Positions 43,410 through 51,207 of a stretch of 51,207 nt of DNA are shown here, piece by piece. A model generated the notes under the pieces. That model searched no databases. It had not been told where the DNA came from and saw only the letters and a list, made by a program, of their open reading frames with translations. Source of the DNA: a virus (taxonomy: Duplodnaviria > Caudoviricetes); IMG/VR virus record IMGVR_UViG_3300020407_000005, positions 1 to 51,207 of that record; one strand, written 5' to 3'. The position numbers were made by a program, and so were the translations under genes. How positions within the stretch are numbered: the first letter of the stretch is position 1; each line of letters begins with the position of its first letter.

Positions 43410-45105
43410 AGCCCCGGCACCTGACGCGCCGGCCGCACCACGGCCGCCGGTGAGCTTTCTCACGTTCTTCGTGCTGTGGGCGCGGCACATGGGCTGGACC
43501 GTGCCTCTGCTGCACGTGCGCATCTGCCTGTGGCTGGAGACCTGCACGGCGCCCGAGCGGGTGCTCATGGTCTTCCGCGGCGCGGCCAAGTCTACGATCT
43601 ATGCGGTCTACAAGGCCTGGAAGCTGTACCGCAACCCGTCGCGCCGCTCGCTGGTCTGGTCGGCTGACGGCCCCACCGCCGAGATGCTGACGGCCGACGT
43701 GATCAACGTGCTGCGCAACCACCCGCTGACCGGGCACCTGCTGGGAGGCCGCAAGCCGGGCCGCAAGCGCTTCTGGGTGAACGGCGCCAGCGACATGCGC
43801 AATGCAAGCATGCGGTCGGTGGGCGTGGACTCCAACGCCACCGGCGCGCGGGCCGACGATGTGGACTTCGATGACATCGAGGTGCCCGGCAACATCGAGA
43901 CGCCCGAGGCGCGCCAGAAGCTGCGGTACCGGATCAGCGACAGCACGCACATCCTGGTGCCGGGCGGCCAGGCGACGTACATCGGCACGCCGCACACCAT
44001 GGACTCGATCTACCCCGAGCAGATCGCCGGCGGGGCCGAGGTGCTGACGATCCCGCTGTTCGAGCACATGGTGCGGCACAGCGAGACGGCCGAGCGCACG
44101 CGGTACCGCTTCGACTTCACGCCTGGTGCTGACGGCCTGTACGTGATGACCGGCATCTACCAGGGCGCCAAGCTGCTGGTGCAGGGCCGTGATTACCTCG
44201 TCGAGGGCAACGAGGTGGTGTTCCCGGCGCCGCCTGGCGCAGTGGTCGACATCTGCGCGGGCTGCGCCTGGCCGGAGCGCTTCACGCGCGACGAGATCCA
44301 GCTGCGCCGCCGCAAGACGCGCACGCTGAACGCCTGGGACAGCCAATACTTCCTCAAGGCCAAGCCGCTGACCGACATCCGGCTGGACCCGGACCGCCTG
44401 CCGCTGTACGACTGCGAGCCCGAGTTCCGCACCGCCAACAAGCGGCTGCAGCTGTGGCTGGGCACGGCGCGCATCGTCGGCGCCGCGCTGCGGTGGGACC
44501 CGTCCAGCGGCAAGACCAAGAGCGACGTGAGCGCGCTGGCCCTGGTGCTGCAAGACGACCGCGGCTGCCGGTACTGGCACCGTGCCATCGCGCTGGAGGG
44601 CAACGTCGCCGACTACGACGAGCGCACCGGCAAAGAGATCGTCGGCGGCCAGGTGTGGGCCATCTGCGGGGTGGTGGCCAAGTTCGGCGTGCGCCGCATC
44701 ACCGTGGAGACAAACGGCGCCGGCACCTTCGCGCCGGCCGTGCTCAAGGCGGCGCTCAAGCAGCTCGGGCTGGTGTGCGGGGTCAAGGAGATCCACGCCA
44801 CCGAGAACAAGAACCGGCGCATCTTGGAGGCCATGGAAGGCCCGATCCAGTCCGCCATGCTGTGGGCGCACGTCAGCGTGGCCGACGGCCCGGCGTTCCC
44901 GCAGATGCGCAGCTGGAACCCCGCGGTGCGCGAGCAGCCCGACGATCACCTGGACGCCTGCGCGGGCGCGATCGACGACCAGCCCGAGCGCCTGATCCCG
45001 CAGGCTGGCGCGGCCGGGCAAATGTCCGGGATTCACGACGCGCCCCAAAACGAGGATTGGCGCCCGGCAACCGGGGTGTTCGAGGCCGAGCTGGAAATGG
45101 ACTGA
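43396..45105 (+). CDS. terL: Terminase large subunit
   Basis: VFRGAAKST (Walker A), TGARAD..DFDDIEVP (Walker B), YIGTPH, WDPSSG nuclease motif, DDHLDA. Confidence 0.92.
   Translation: MAEAEAPAPDAPAAPRPPVSFLTFFVLWARHMGWTVPLLHVRICLWLETCTAPERVLMVFRGAAKSTIYAVYKAWKLYRNPSRRSLVWSADGPTAEMLTADVINVLRNHPLTGHLLGGRKPGRKRFWVNGASDMRNASMRSVGVDSNATGARADDVDFDDIEVPGNIETPEARQKLRYRISDSTHILVPGGQATYIGTPHTMDSIYPEQIAGGAEVLTIPLFEHMVRHSETAERTRYRFDFTPGADGLYVMTGIYQGAKLLVQGRDYLVEGNEVVFPAPPGAVVDICAGCAWPERFTRDEIQLRRRKTRTLNAWDSQYFLKAKPLTDIRLDPDRLPLYDCEPEFRTANKRLQLWLGTARIVGAALRWDPSSGKTKSDVSALALVLQDDRGCRYWHRAIALEGNVADYDERTGKEIVGGQVWAICGVVAKFGVRRITVETNGAGTFAPAVLKAALKQLGLVCGVKEIHATENKNRRILEAMEGPIQSAMLWAHVSVADGPAFPQMRSWNPAVREQPDDHLDACAGAIDDQPERLIPQAGAAGQMSGIHDAPQNEDWRPATGVFEAELEMD
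45023..45057 (+). promoter_or_regulatory. Late-promoter box 3 (inside the terL 3' end, upstream of tail spike and lysis genes)
   Basis: TGTCCGGGATTCACGACGC. Confidence 0.65.
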
Positions 45106-45150
45106 TCCGACAGCGCCTGCCCCGCGCGCCACAGCGCACAAGGGCACAAC

Positions 45151-47337
45151 ATGGCGGTCGGATCGGGCACCCCGTACAACATTCACATCGGCAACGGCGT
45201 CACCAGGACGTTCGGCTACGGCTTCACGCTGCTGGATGCCGACGACCTGGTGGTCACCATCGACGGTGTGGCCACCAGCGCCTACACCATCACGGGCCTG
45301 GGCGTGGCTGCCGGCGGCACGGTGGTGTTCAGCACGGCACCGGCCAGCGGCGCCAAGATCATCCTGCAGCGCGTCATCCAGCTGGTGCGCGCCACCGACT
45401 ACCAGGACGACGGCGACCTGCTGGCCGACACGCTGAACGACGACTTCAACCGCCTGTGGATGGCGGTGCAGGGGGTCAGCGCAGGAGACGCCCGCTCGAT
45501 TCGAGCGCCGTTCCCCGAGGTGCTCAACGACCTGCCCGCGGCGGTGGATCGGGCCGACAAGATCCTGACGTTCAACTCCGCCGGGCAGCCCATCTTGACG
45601 GCACCAGTGGCTGGGACCGCGGGCGCATTGGCCACCGACTTGGCCAGCACCGCCAGCGCCACCAAGGGCGCCGGCATGGTGTACCTCAACGTTGCGCTGT
45701 CGTACCCCGCCGGCTCTCTGGGCGCGCACGCCTGGAACAAGGTGTATGTCAGCAGTTTCCCGTTCTTGGCGACTGGTGATGGAACCACTGACGACTCGGC
45801 CGCTTTTGCATCCGCTGTAGCTTTTGTCGCAGCCAACGGCGGGGATCTCCATCTGGACCGTGGCAAGAACTACAAGATCACGACTGGCAACATCGAAGGC
45901 AGCCATGTTGCGCGCCTGATTGGCGACGAATCTCGCTCGTCGCGCATCACCTTCACCGGTTCAGGAACGCTGTTTCATAACCTAGGCGGCGCTTACGGAT
46001 TCAGCATCTACGGCAACAACAAAGCTGGCGCGCAAATCGGCATCAAAAACGAAGACTGGTATCGCGAGCGAATCAGCAACTGTGAATTTCACCTGCTTGG
46101 CAAGGGCATCCAGATTTCAGGCTCCGGCCAAACAGTAGAAGATAACTACTTCAGTTATTGCGGCATCGGTCTGCATGTGTATCGGCAGACAAGCCTGGCG
46201 GCTGCGACCACCACGTTCACGTCACGGAAGAACTGGTTTGAAGGGAACAACAAGGGCTTGTGGTTCGACTCTGCCGGCTTGGCTGACGGGGTGCTCGCAT
46301 GCCAATCCGTTGACGACATCTTCCAGCTCAATACCGGCTATGGCTTGCTGATCGACAAGGCGAACTTCCCCTTCATCCTCATCAACCCATACACGGAGCA
46401 GAACTGCACAACGCCGGGCTGGTACGCCATCGCCTGCACGGATGCAAGTTACATCATCTGGGACGGCGGCTACCAGATGGCCGGCGATGTGAACAGCTTT
46501 GGAACGACCTCGGTCGTCATTCGCCGCACGATCGACGGCATTTCAGCCAAGGGTCGCTATCGCATCACCAACGCGGACGGAACAAAGGTTTTCGTGGATG
46601 TGCAGCCCGATGTGAATCTCACGACGCTGCTGGCCAAGACTGGTACTCAGCGGATGCTGTTCTCCGGCGGCGCATACTCCGAGACGGGGACCGGCCGCGT
46701 GGAGATCCAGGGCGGCATCGGTGACGTTGGTTTCCGATACGGCAACTATTGGCAAAGCGCACGCACCAGCACGACCAGCGACGGCTGTGTGATGTCGCTA
46801 GGTGTCATCACGCGCGGCTCTGTCACCGACAGCTACACCGACCTGCTTGCCATTGATGACGCAGGCCCGGTGTACCCCGGATTCGACAACTCGCAGACCC
46901 TGGGCAAGTCCGGCAAACGCTGGTCTCAGCTTTACGCCGGCACGGCCACGATCAACACGTCGGACGAACGCGAGAAGCAGGACATCGGTGCCATTCCCGA
47001 CGCGTGGCTTGATGCGTGGGCTGATGTGCAGTGGGTCCGGTTCAAGTTCAAAGACGCGGCAGTCAGCAAGGGTGCTGATGGTGCGCGCTGGCACATCGGC
47101 ATGGTGGCCCAGCGGGTTCGAGATGCGTTTGCTGCCCGCGGGATCGATGCACTTGCCATCGGCCTACTGTGCTACGACGAGTGGCCGGGCTCACCTGAGG
47201 TGCTGGACGACGAGGGCACCGTCACCATGCCCGCCGCGCCTGCCGGCAACCGCTGGGGCATCCGCTACGAAGAAGCGCTGGCGATGGAAGCCGCGTTGAT
47301 GCGCCGCGAACTGAATCGGCTGAAGGCTCAACACTGA
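45151..47337 (+). CDS. Tail spike/fibre: T7-type N-terminal adaptor, pectate-lyase-like beta-helix, C-terminal intramolecular chaperone (S74-like)
   Basis: GNGVTRTFGYGF...TDYQDDGDLLADTLNDDFNRLW; ATGDGTTDDSAAF; TINTSDEREKQDI...HIGMVAQ...GIRYEE. Confidence 0.9.
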   Translation: MAVGSGTPYNIHIGNGVTRTFGYGFTLLDADDLVVTIDGVATSAYTITGLGVAAGGTVVFSTAPASGAKIILQRVIQLVRATDYQDDGDLLADTLNDDFNRLWMAVQGVSAGDARSIRAPFPEVLNDLPAAVDRADKILTFNSAGQPILTAPVAGTAGALATDLASTASATKGAGMVYLNVALSYPAGSLGAHAWNKVYVSSFPFLATGDGTTDDSAAFASAVAFVAANGGDLHLDRGKNYKITTGNIEGSHVARLIGDESRSSRITFTGSGTLFHNLGGAYGFSIYGNNKAGAQIGIKNEDWYRERISNCEFHLLGKGIQISGSGQTVEDNYFSYCGIGLHVYRQTSLAAATTTFTSRKNWFEGNNKGLWFDSAGLADGVLACQSVDDIFQLNTGYGLLIDKANFPFILINPYTEQNCTTPGWYAIACTDASYIIWDGGYQMAGDVNSFGTTSVVIRRTIDGISAKGRYRITNADGTKVFVDVQPDVNLTTLLAKTGTQRMLFSGGAYSETGTGRVEIQGGIGDVGFRYGNYWQSARTSTTSDGCVMSLGVITRGSVTDSYTDLLAIDDAGPVYPGFDNSQTLGKSGKRWSQLYAGTATINTSDEREKQDIGAIPDAWLDAWADVQWVRFKFKDAAVSKGADGARWHIGMVAQRVRDAFAARGIDALAIGLLCYDEWPGSPEVLDDEGTVTMPAAPAGNRWGIRYEEALAMEAALMRRELNRLKAQH

Positions 47338-47346
47338 GAGGCAAGC

Positions 47347-47496
47347 ATGCTCACCTACATCCTGATCGCATCCGCATCCGCCCTAGTCGGCGGTGGCATC
47401 GTGGCCTGGCGCCTGCGCGGTGACCGCTCCCTGATGGAAACCGGCAAGGCCGTGATCCTCGGCGGCGGTGGCCCTGGCCCGAGGCAGCCGAAGTGA
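47347..47496 (+). CDS. Small membrane protein (49 aa)
   Basis: MLTYILIASASALVGGGIVAW...; GAGG RBS; coupled to the next gene. Confidence 0.5.
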   Translation: MLTYILIASASALVGGGIVAWRLRGDRSLMETGKAVILGGGGPGPRQPK

Positions 47497-47864
47497 GCGC
47501 GCTGCTGCTGCTGGTCGGCGTGTGGTGGGCGCATTACGCCTACTACCGCTGGCCCAGCTCTGGCGATCAGCAGTGGGCGCACTACATCGGCTCGCATGCG
47601 CTGCTGGTGCTTGCCCTGGTGCTGCTGGTGCCGCAGGCGGCCCGGTCACGCTGGGCGGTAGCCGCGGTGATCGGTCCCATCGCCTGCTGGTGGGGCGCCA
47701 TCGAGTCCGCGCAGGCCGCTGTGTGCGGCTACATGCAGTGGGGCACGCTGCCCGCCGCTGACCTGTGCGTGTCAGCGCTGGGCGTGTGGCCCTATGCCCT
47801 GGCCGCGGCCCTGTCCATCGCCACCCTGGTGGTGGCCCATGTCTGGAGGCGCCGTCATGGCTGA
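47493..47864 (+). CDS. Multi-pass membrane protein
   Basis: About four hydrophobic segments in 123 aa. Confidence 0.6.
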   Translation: MSALLLLVGVWWAHYAYYRWPSSGDQQWAHYIGSHALLVLALVLLVPQAARSRWAVAAVIGPIACWWGAIESAQAAVCGYMQWGTLPAADLCVSALGVWPYALAAALSIATLVVAHVWRRRHG

Positions 47865-48204
47865 GCCACACGCAACCGGCGGCGCGGCGCTGCTCGTCGT
47901 CGCCACCGCGGCCCTCGGCCCCATCGCGGGCGAGTGGACGCTGATCCTGGTGGGCGGCTTCCTCGGCGGCTGCCTCGCGGCCACGTCGGCAGAGACGGCC
48001 GGCCTGCGCGCCGCGGTGACCGTCCTGGCGCGCGGCATGGTCGCTGCCACGCTCTTCACCAGCATCGCGGCTGTTGTAGCCGCATCGCTGACAAGCATTT
48101 CGGTGGACGCACTGCTGCTGCCTGTCTCCGGCGCCATGGCCTGGCAGTTCGACCGGCTCAAGGATCTGGCGCTGGGCTTTCTCGGCCGCCGCGGAGGTGC
48201 CTGA
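47857..48204 (+). CDS. Holin-like membrane protein
   Basis: MAEP start, about three TM segments, basic C-terminus, lysis cassette. Confidence 0.6.
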   Translation: MAEPHATGGAALLVVATAALGPIAGEWTLILVGGFLGGCLAATSAETAGLRAAVTVLARGMVAATLFTSIAAVVAASLTSISVDALLLPVSGAMAWQFDRLKDLALGFLGRRGGA

Positions 48205-48533
48205 TGGACTGGATCAACATCATGTTAGGCGCCGGGATCATCTGGACCTGCCTCTGCCGGATCAAGCGCATGAGCGCCGCAAGCACGCTGGCCACCGTGC
48301 GCTACAGCGTGTCGCTGCTGGCTGCGGCCGGCCTGGTGCTAATCCTGGCCGCCACGGTGCGCCCGCACTGGCACGACACGGCGCTGACGTTCTTGGCGCT
48401 GGCGATGCTCTGCGTACAGGCCAGCACATCGCGCCTGTGGCGCCATCGAGTGCCCGAGCCATTCAGCCGGCCCGGCGGCCTGGACGAGATCGATTCGGAC
48501 TGGCTGCCCAGCATCACCGGAGGCAAGAAGTGA
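48204..48533 (+). CDS. Holin-like membrane protein
   Basis: CLCRIKRMS...T...VR...W...VPEPF pattern, three TM segments, directly before the endolysin. Confidence 0.6.
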   Translation: MDWINIMLGAGIIWTCLCRIKRMSAASTLATVRYSVSLLAAAGLVLILAATVRPHWHDTALTFLALAMLCVQASTSRLWRHRVPEPFSRPGGLDEIDSDWLPSITGGKK

Positions 48534-48892
48534 AGCTCAACGACCGAAGTGAAGACCGCCTGAAAGGCGTCAACGACGACTTGGTGCGCGTGGTGCGTCG
48601 GGCCGCCGAAATCACCGACGTGGATTTCGTGGTCACCGAAGGCCTGCGCACGAAGGAGCGGCAGGCGCAACTGGTGGCCAAGGGTGCCAGCCGCACCATG
48701 AACAGCAAACACATCGTCGGCCGGGCCGTTGACTTGGCCGCCGTGGTGGACGGCGAAGTGCGCTGGGACTGGCCGCTGTACCACAAGCTGGCCGACATCA
48801 TGAAGCGCGCGGCGGCTGAACTGAGCGTGCACATCGCCTGGGGCGGTGACTGGGTGACGTTCAAGGACGGCCCGCACTTCGAGCTGCCATGA
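48530..48892 (+). CDS. Endolysin, peptidase M15 (L-Ala-D-Glu peptidase type)
   Basis: RLKGVNDDL, EGLRTKERQ, SKHIVGRAVD, WGGDW..FKDGPHFEL. Confidence 0.92.
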   Translation: MKLNDRSEDRLKGVNDDLVRVVRRAAEITDVDFVVTEGLRTKERQAQLVAKGASRTMNSKHIVGRAVDLAAVVDGEVRWDWPLYHKLADIMKRAAAELSVHIAWGGDWVTFKDGPHFELP

Positions 48893-49392
48893 CCCCGCTG
48901 CGCTACGCCGCCGCCGGCCTGCTGGTGCTGCTGCTGGGCCTGCTGGCCGTGCAGACCGGCCGCCTGCAGCGCGCCGAGACCGCGATCCAGACCGAGCGCG
49001 CCGGCCGCGCGCAGGACAAGGCCGCCGCTGCCATGGCCGCCGCGAGTGCCGTGATGGCCGCCCGGGCCGAGGAACAGCGGCGCACCGCCGCGCAACAGGA
49101 GGCCGCCCATGCTGCCCAGACCGATGCCGCGCGTGCGCGCGCTGATGCCGTTGCTGCTGCTGGCAGCGCTGACCGGCTGCGCCAGCACGTCGCCGCCCTT
49201 GCCGCCAGTTGTGGTGACGCCGCCAGCGATTCCGCCGCTGCCGCGGGAAGCGCGCCAGCCGCCGGTGCCGGCCTGGTGCTCGCCGACCTGTTCCGCAGGG
49301 CTGACGAGCGCTCGGGACAGCTGGCTGAGTACGCCGATCAAGCTCGGATCGCCGGCCAGGCCTGCGAGCGGGCCTATGACGCCCTGAGGTAG
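48889..49392 (+). CDS. Rz-like i-spanin (DUF2514-like)
   Basis: N-terminal TM, coiled coil, LAEYADQARIAGQACERAYDAL. Confidence 0.85.
   Translation: MTPLRYAAAGLLVLLLGLLAVQTGRLQRAETAIQTERAGRAQDKAAAAMAAASAVMAARAEEQRRTAAQQEAAHAAQTDAARARADAVAAAGSADRLRQHVAALAASCGDAASDSAAAAGSAPAAGAGLVLADLFRRADERSGQLAEYADQARIAGQACERAYDALR
49124..49387 (+). CDS. Rz1-like o-spanin lipoprotein embedded in the +1 frame
   Basis: Lipobox LTGC followed by a Pro-rich segment, nested in Rz; exact start uncertain. Confidence 0.75.
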   Translation: MPRVRALMPLLLLAALTGCASTSPPLPPVVVTPPAIPPLPREARQPPVPAWCSPTCSAGLTSARDSWLSTPIKLGSPARPASGPMTP

Positions 49393-49549
49393 CCATGCCC
49401 TGCGCGCTCTGCGGTTCCTGGGAGCAGAACCGGTCGTCGTGCCCACTGGAGTGCGGCCTGCCGCGCGCAGACGACTTGCTGGACCTGATCGAACTGGGCG
49501 AGGTACTCGACGCCCCGCCGGCCCCGCCGCCAGACCGTCAGGAGAAACC

Positions 49550-49894
49550 ATGCCGATGATCCGGCACGAGGTGACCACCTCCATCCTGCGGTTCTACGAA
49601 CGGGAGAGCAGCGCCAGCACGCCGCCGTTCGACGCCACGTGCGTGGTGCAGTGGGAGACGCCCCGCATCGTGTGGCTGAAAGCGTTCCACGGCCGGCTGA
49701 CGCGCTCGCTGCTGCGCTGCCTGCTGGAGTGGCTTGCCGAGAACGGCATCCACACCGTGAAGGCGTACCGCGATGCGGCCCACCACCTGCCCTTTGGGCG
49801 GCTGCAAGACGATGGGTCTACGGTAATCGACGTGGCCGACCTCGTGGACCGCTTCACGCGGCGCACGGCCAGCACCTGGGGCGACCTGACGTGA
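49550..49894 (+). CDS. Hypothetical protein
   Basis: AGGAG RBS, 114 aa. Confidence 0.55.
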   Translation: MPMIRHEVTTSILRFYERESSASTPPFDATCVVQWETPRIVWLKAFHGRLTRSLLRCLLEWLAENGIHTVKAYRDAAHHLPFGRLQDDGSTVIDVADLVDRFTRRTASTWGDLT

Positions 49895-50135
49895 TGCCTG
49901 ACCGGGATGCGGTGCGCCAGGCCACCGAAGCCGCGGCGCGCGAGGGCCGTCCGTACTGCCCGCACGATGCCTGGGCTGTGAGCCGGGCGGCGCTGCTGGC
50001 TGAGATGTGGGCGGCGCGGCGGTGATTTCACCGGGAAAGCCACCTCGCGAGGCCGCATGAATGCTCGGCCCCATCGCGCGTCTGTATTCCCACGGACAGC
50101 CCGCAAACCCGCATGGATGCTCGATCCATGCCTTT

Positions 50136-50182
50136 GATTGTGATTCTGGTCGTCGTGGGTTCGAGTCCCATCAGCCACCCCA
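50136..50182 (+). repeat. attR core (3' fragment of tRNA-His)
   Basis: Exact 47-bp copy of 31-77. Confidence 0.95.
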
Positions 50183-50227
50183 TCCCAGCGTTTCATCAGG
50201 TCCCATGCCGGACCGAACTTCCCGCTA

Positions 50228-50355
50228 AATCAACGACTTAGACAGTCGCTTGAGTCAGGAAGGCTCCTGCCGTCCCACGGCAGCGCAGCGAAGTTGGGGG
50301 AACATCTGGGGGAACAAATGGCGTGTTCGCAGCCATTTGATGTTTTGTTCCCCCA
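50228..50355. promoter_or_regulatory. att-arm region of a second element: IHF-consensus site and arm repeats
   Basis: AATCAACGACTTA matches WATCAANNNNTTR; TGGGGGAACA at 50295 and 50307, inverted at 50346. Confidence 0.6.
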
Positions 50356-51207
50356 TGCTCACCGACAAGCAGTGCAAGAACGCGAGTTGCGACGCGGGTA
50401 GGCCCCGCGTGCGCCTGGCCGATTCCGGCGGTCTGTACCTGGAGGTCTCGCCCTCTGGGTCCAAGCGCTGGTTCTGGAAGTACCGCTTCGACGGGAAGGA
50501 GAAGCGCCTTGCCCTCGGGGGCTATCCAGATCTGGGTCTGAAGGAGGCCAGAGTCGCACGTGATGATGCGCGCAAGCAACATCAGTCGGGCGCAGATCCG
50601 GTGCTCTCGCGGCAGGTGGAGCGCCTCAGTTCCCGGTTCGACGCCAACGCCAGCTTCGAGGTGACCGCGCGCGAGTTCCACGCGACAAAGAAGGTCGGCT
50701 GGAGCGATCACTACGCCAAGCGCTGGATGGAGCGCCTCGAGAAGGACATCTTCCCCTGGCTGGGCAAGCTTCCGCTCTCCCAGATCGGCGCACCGATGCT
50801 GCTGCAGACGCTGCGGCGCGTCGAGGCACGTGGCACGCGCGAACTGCCTCACTCTCTGCTGGAAGCCTGCGGGCAAGTGTTTCGATACGGCGTTGCGACC
50901 GGGCGTTGTGAGCGCAGCCCCGCTTCGGATCTGCGCGGCGCACTGAAGCCGGTGCTGACGAGGCACGTCTCGGCGATCGTCGAACCGGATCAGGTCGGCG
51001 ACTTGATGCGCGCGATCGACGGCTACCACGGTCACCCCGTCACCCGGGCGGCACTGCTTCTGTCGGCGCTGCTCTTCCAGCGGCCAGGGAACATCCGGCA
51101 GATGGAGTGGGCCGAGCTGGATCTCGAGGCAAGGATGTGGGCGATACCCTCCGCCAAGATGAAGCGGACAAAGCGGGAGAAGATCAACGGAAGGCCGCAT
51201 CTGGTTC
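50355..51207 (+). CDS. P4-like tyrosine integrase (partial, runs off the window)
   Basis: Translated by hand: MLTDKQCKNA...RLADSGGLYLEVSPSGSKRWFWKYRFDGKEKRLALGGYPDLGLKEAR...FQRPGNIRQMEW. Confidence 0.92.
   Translation, partial: MLTDKQCKNASCDAGRPRVRLADSGGLYLEVSPSGSKRWFWKYRFDGKEKRLALGGYPDLGLKEARVARDDARKQHQSGADPVLSRQVERLSSRFDANASFEVTAREFHATKKVGWSDHYAKRWMERLEKDIFPWLGKLPLSQIGAPMLLQTLRRVEARGTRELPHSLLEACGQVFRYGVATGRCERSPASDLRGALKPVLTRHVSAIVEPDQVGDLMRAIDGYHGHPVTRAALLLSALLFQRPGNIRQMEWAELDLEARMWAIPSAKMKRTKREKINGRPHLV

Larger units (their letters stand above)
31..50182. mobile_element. Complete temperate podovirus-like prophage (~50.1 kb)
   Basis: Flanked by 47-bp direct repeats; contains integrase, immunity, replication, head, tail, packaging and lysis modules. 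Confidence 0.95.

Noticed and set aside
43066-45906. 946-aa minus-strand ORF, and similar long ORFs such as 29751-31886, 23832-25430 and 38856-40805
   Set aside because: Antisense shadows of well-supported + strand genes in high-GC DNA, with no recognisable motifs
45151-47337. BPP-1-type diversity-generating retroelement acting on the tail fibre
   Set aside because: No reverse transcriptase or Avd and no TR/VR repeat pair seen, despite the BPP-1-like virion module
50082-50099. LexA (SOS) box CTGT...ACAG
   Set aside because: The spacer is 10 nt rather than 8, and the site overlaps a probable integrase arm repeat
50136-50182. Second tRNA-His gene
   Set aside because: Only the 3' 47 nt are present; the 5' acceptor strand and D arm are missing, so it is attR
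1-51207. CRISPR array or cas genes
   Set aside because: No regularly spaced repeat-spacer array seen; the repeated 19-bp box is dispersed over 22 kb

Overview
The window holds an apparently complete ~50.1 kb temperate podovirus-type prophage in a GC-rich host. A betaproteobacterial host is an inference from codon style and gene content. The prophage is integrated in a tRNA-His(GTG) gene at 1-77, with a 47-bp att core duplicated at 31-77 and 50136-50182. From left to right it carries: a tyrosine integrase and excisionase; a leftward early operon (many small ORFs, a modular DUF551-like/MazG-like/NADAR protein, a J-domain protein, an HNH endonuclease, a YqaJ exonuclease and a RecT-like annealase); a CI/Cro switch with four AAGCG-N3-CGCTT operators; a rightward replication operon (chimeric C5-MTase/DUF4406 gene, initiator with an internal origin, DnaB-like helicase, RuvC-like resolvase, HTH candidate late activator); a T7/BPP-1/epsilon15-style virion module (portal, extra beta-helix spike, scaffold, capsid, cement, tail tubular A/B, GNAT, ejection proteins); a P22 immI-like Arc/Arc/KilA-N island; terminase; a tail spike; and a lysis cassette. 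A second, P4-like integrase starts just beyond attR and runs off the window. The most notable items are a perfect 28-bp palindrome inside the KilA-N gene, a 19-bp box repeated in front of three late transcription units, a tandem RNA motif in the capsid leader, a structured non-coding block at about 15.1-15.4 kb, an orphan NADAR fusion and a nested-domain second spike. All family assignments come from motifs recognised by eye; no database searches were run.
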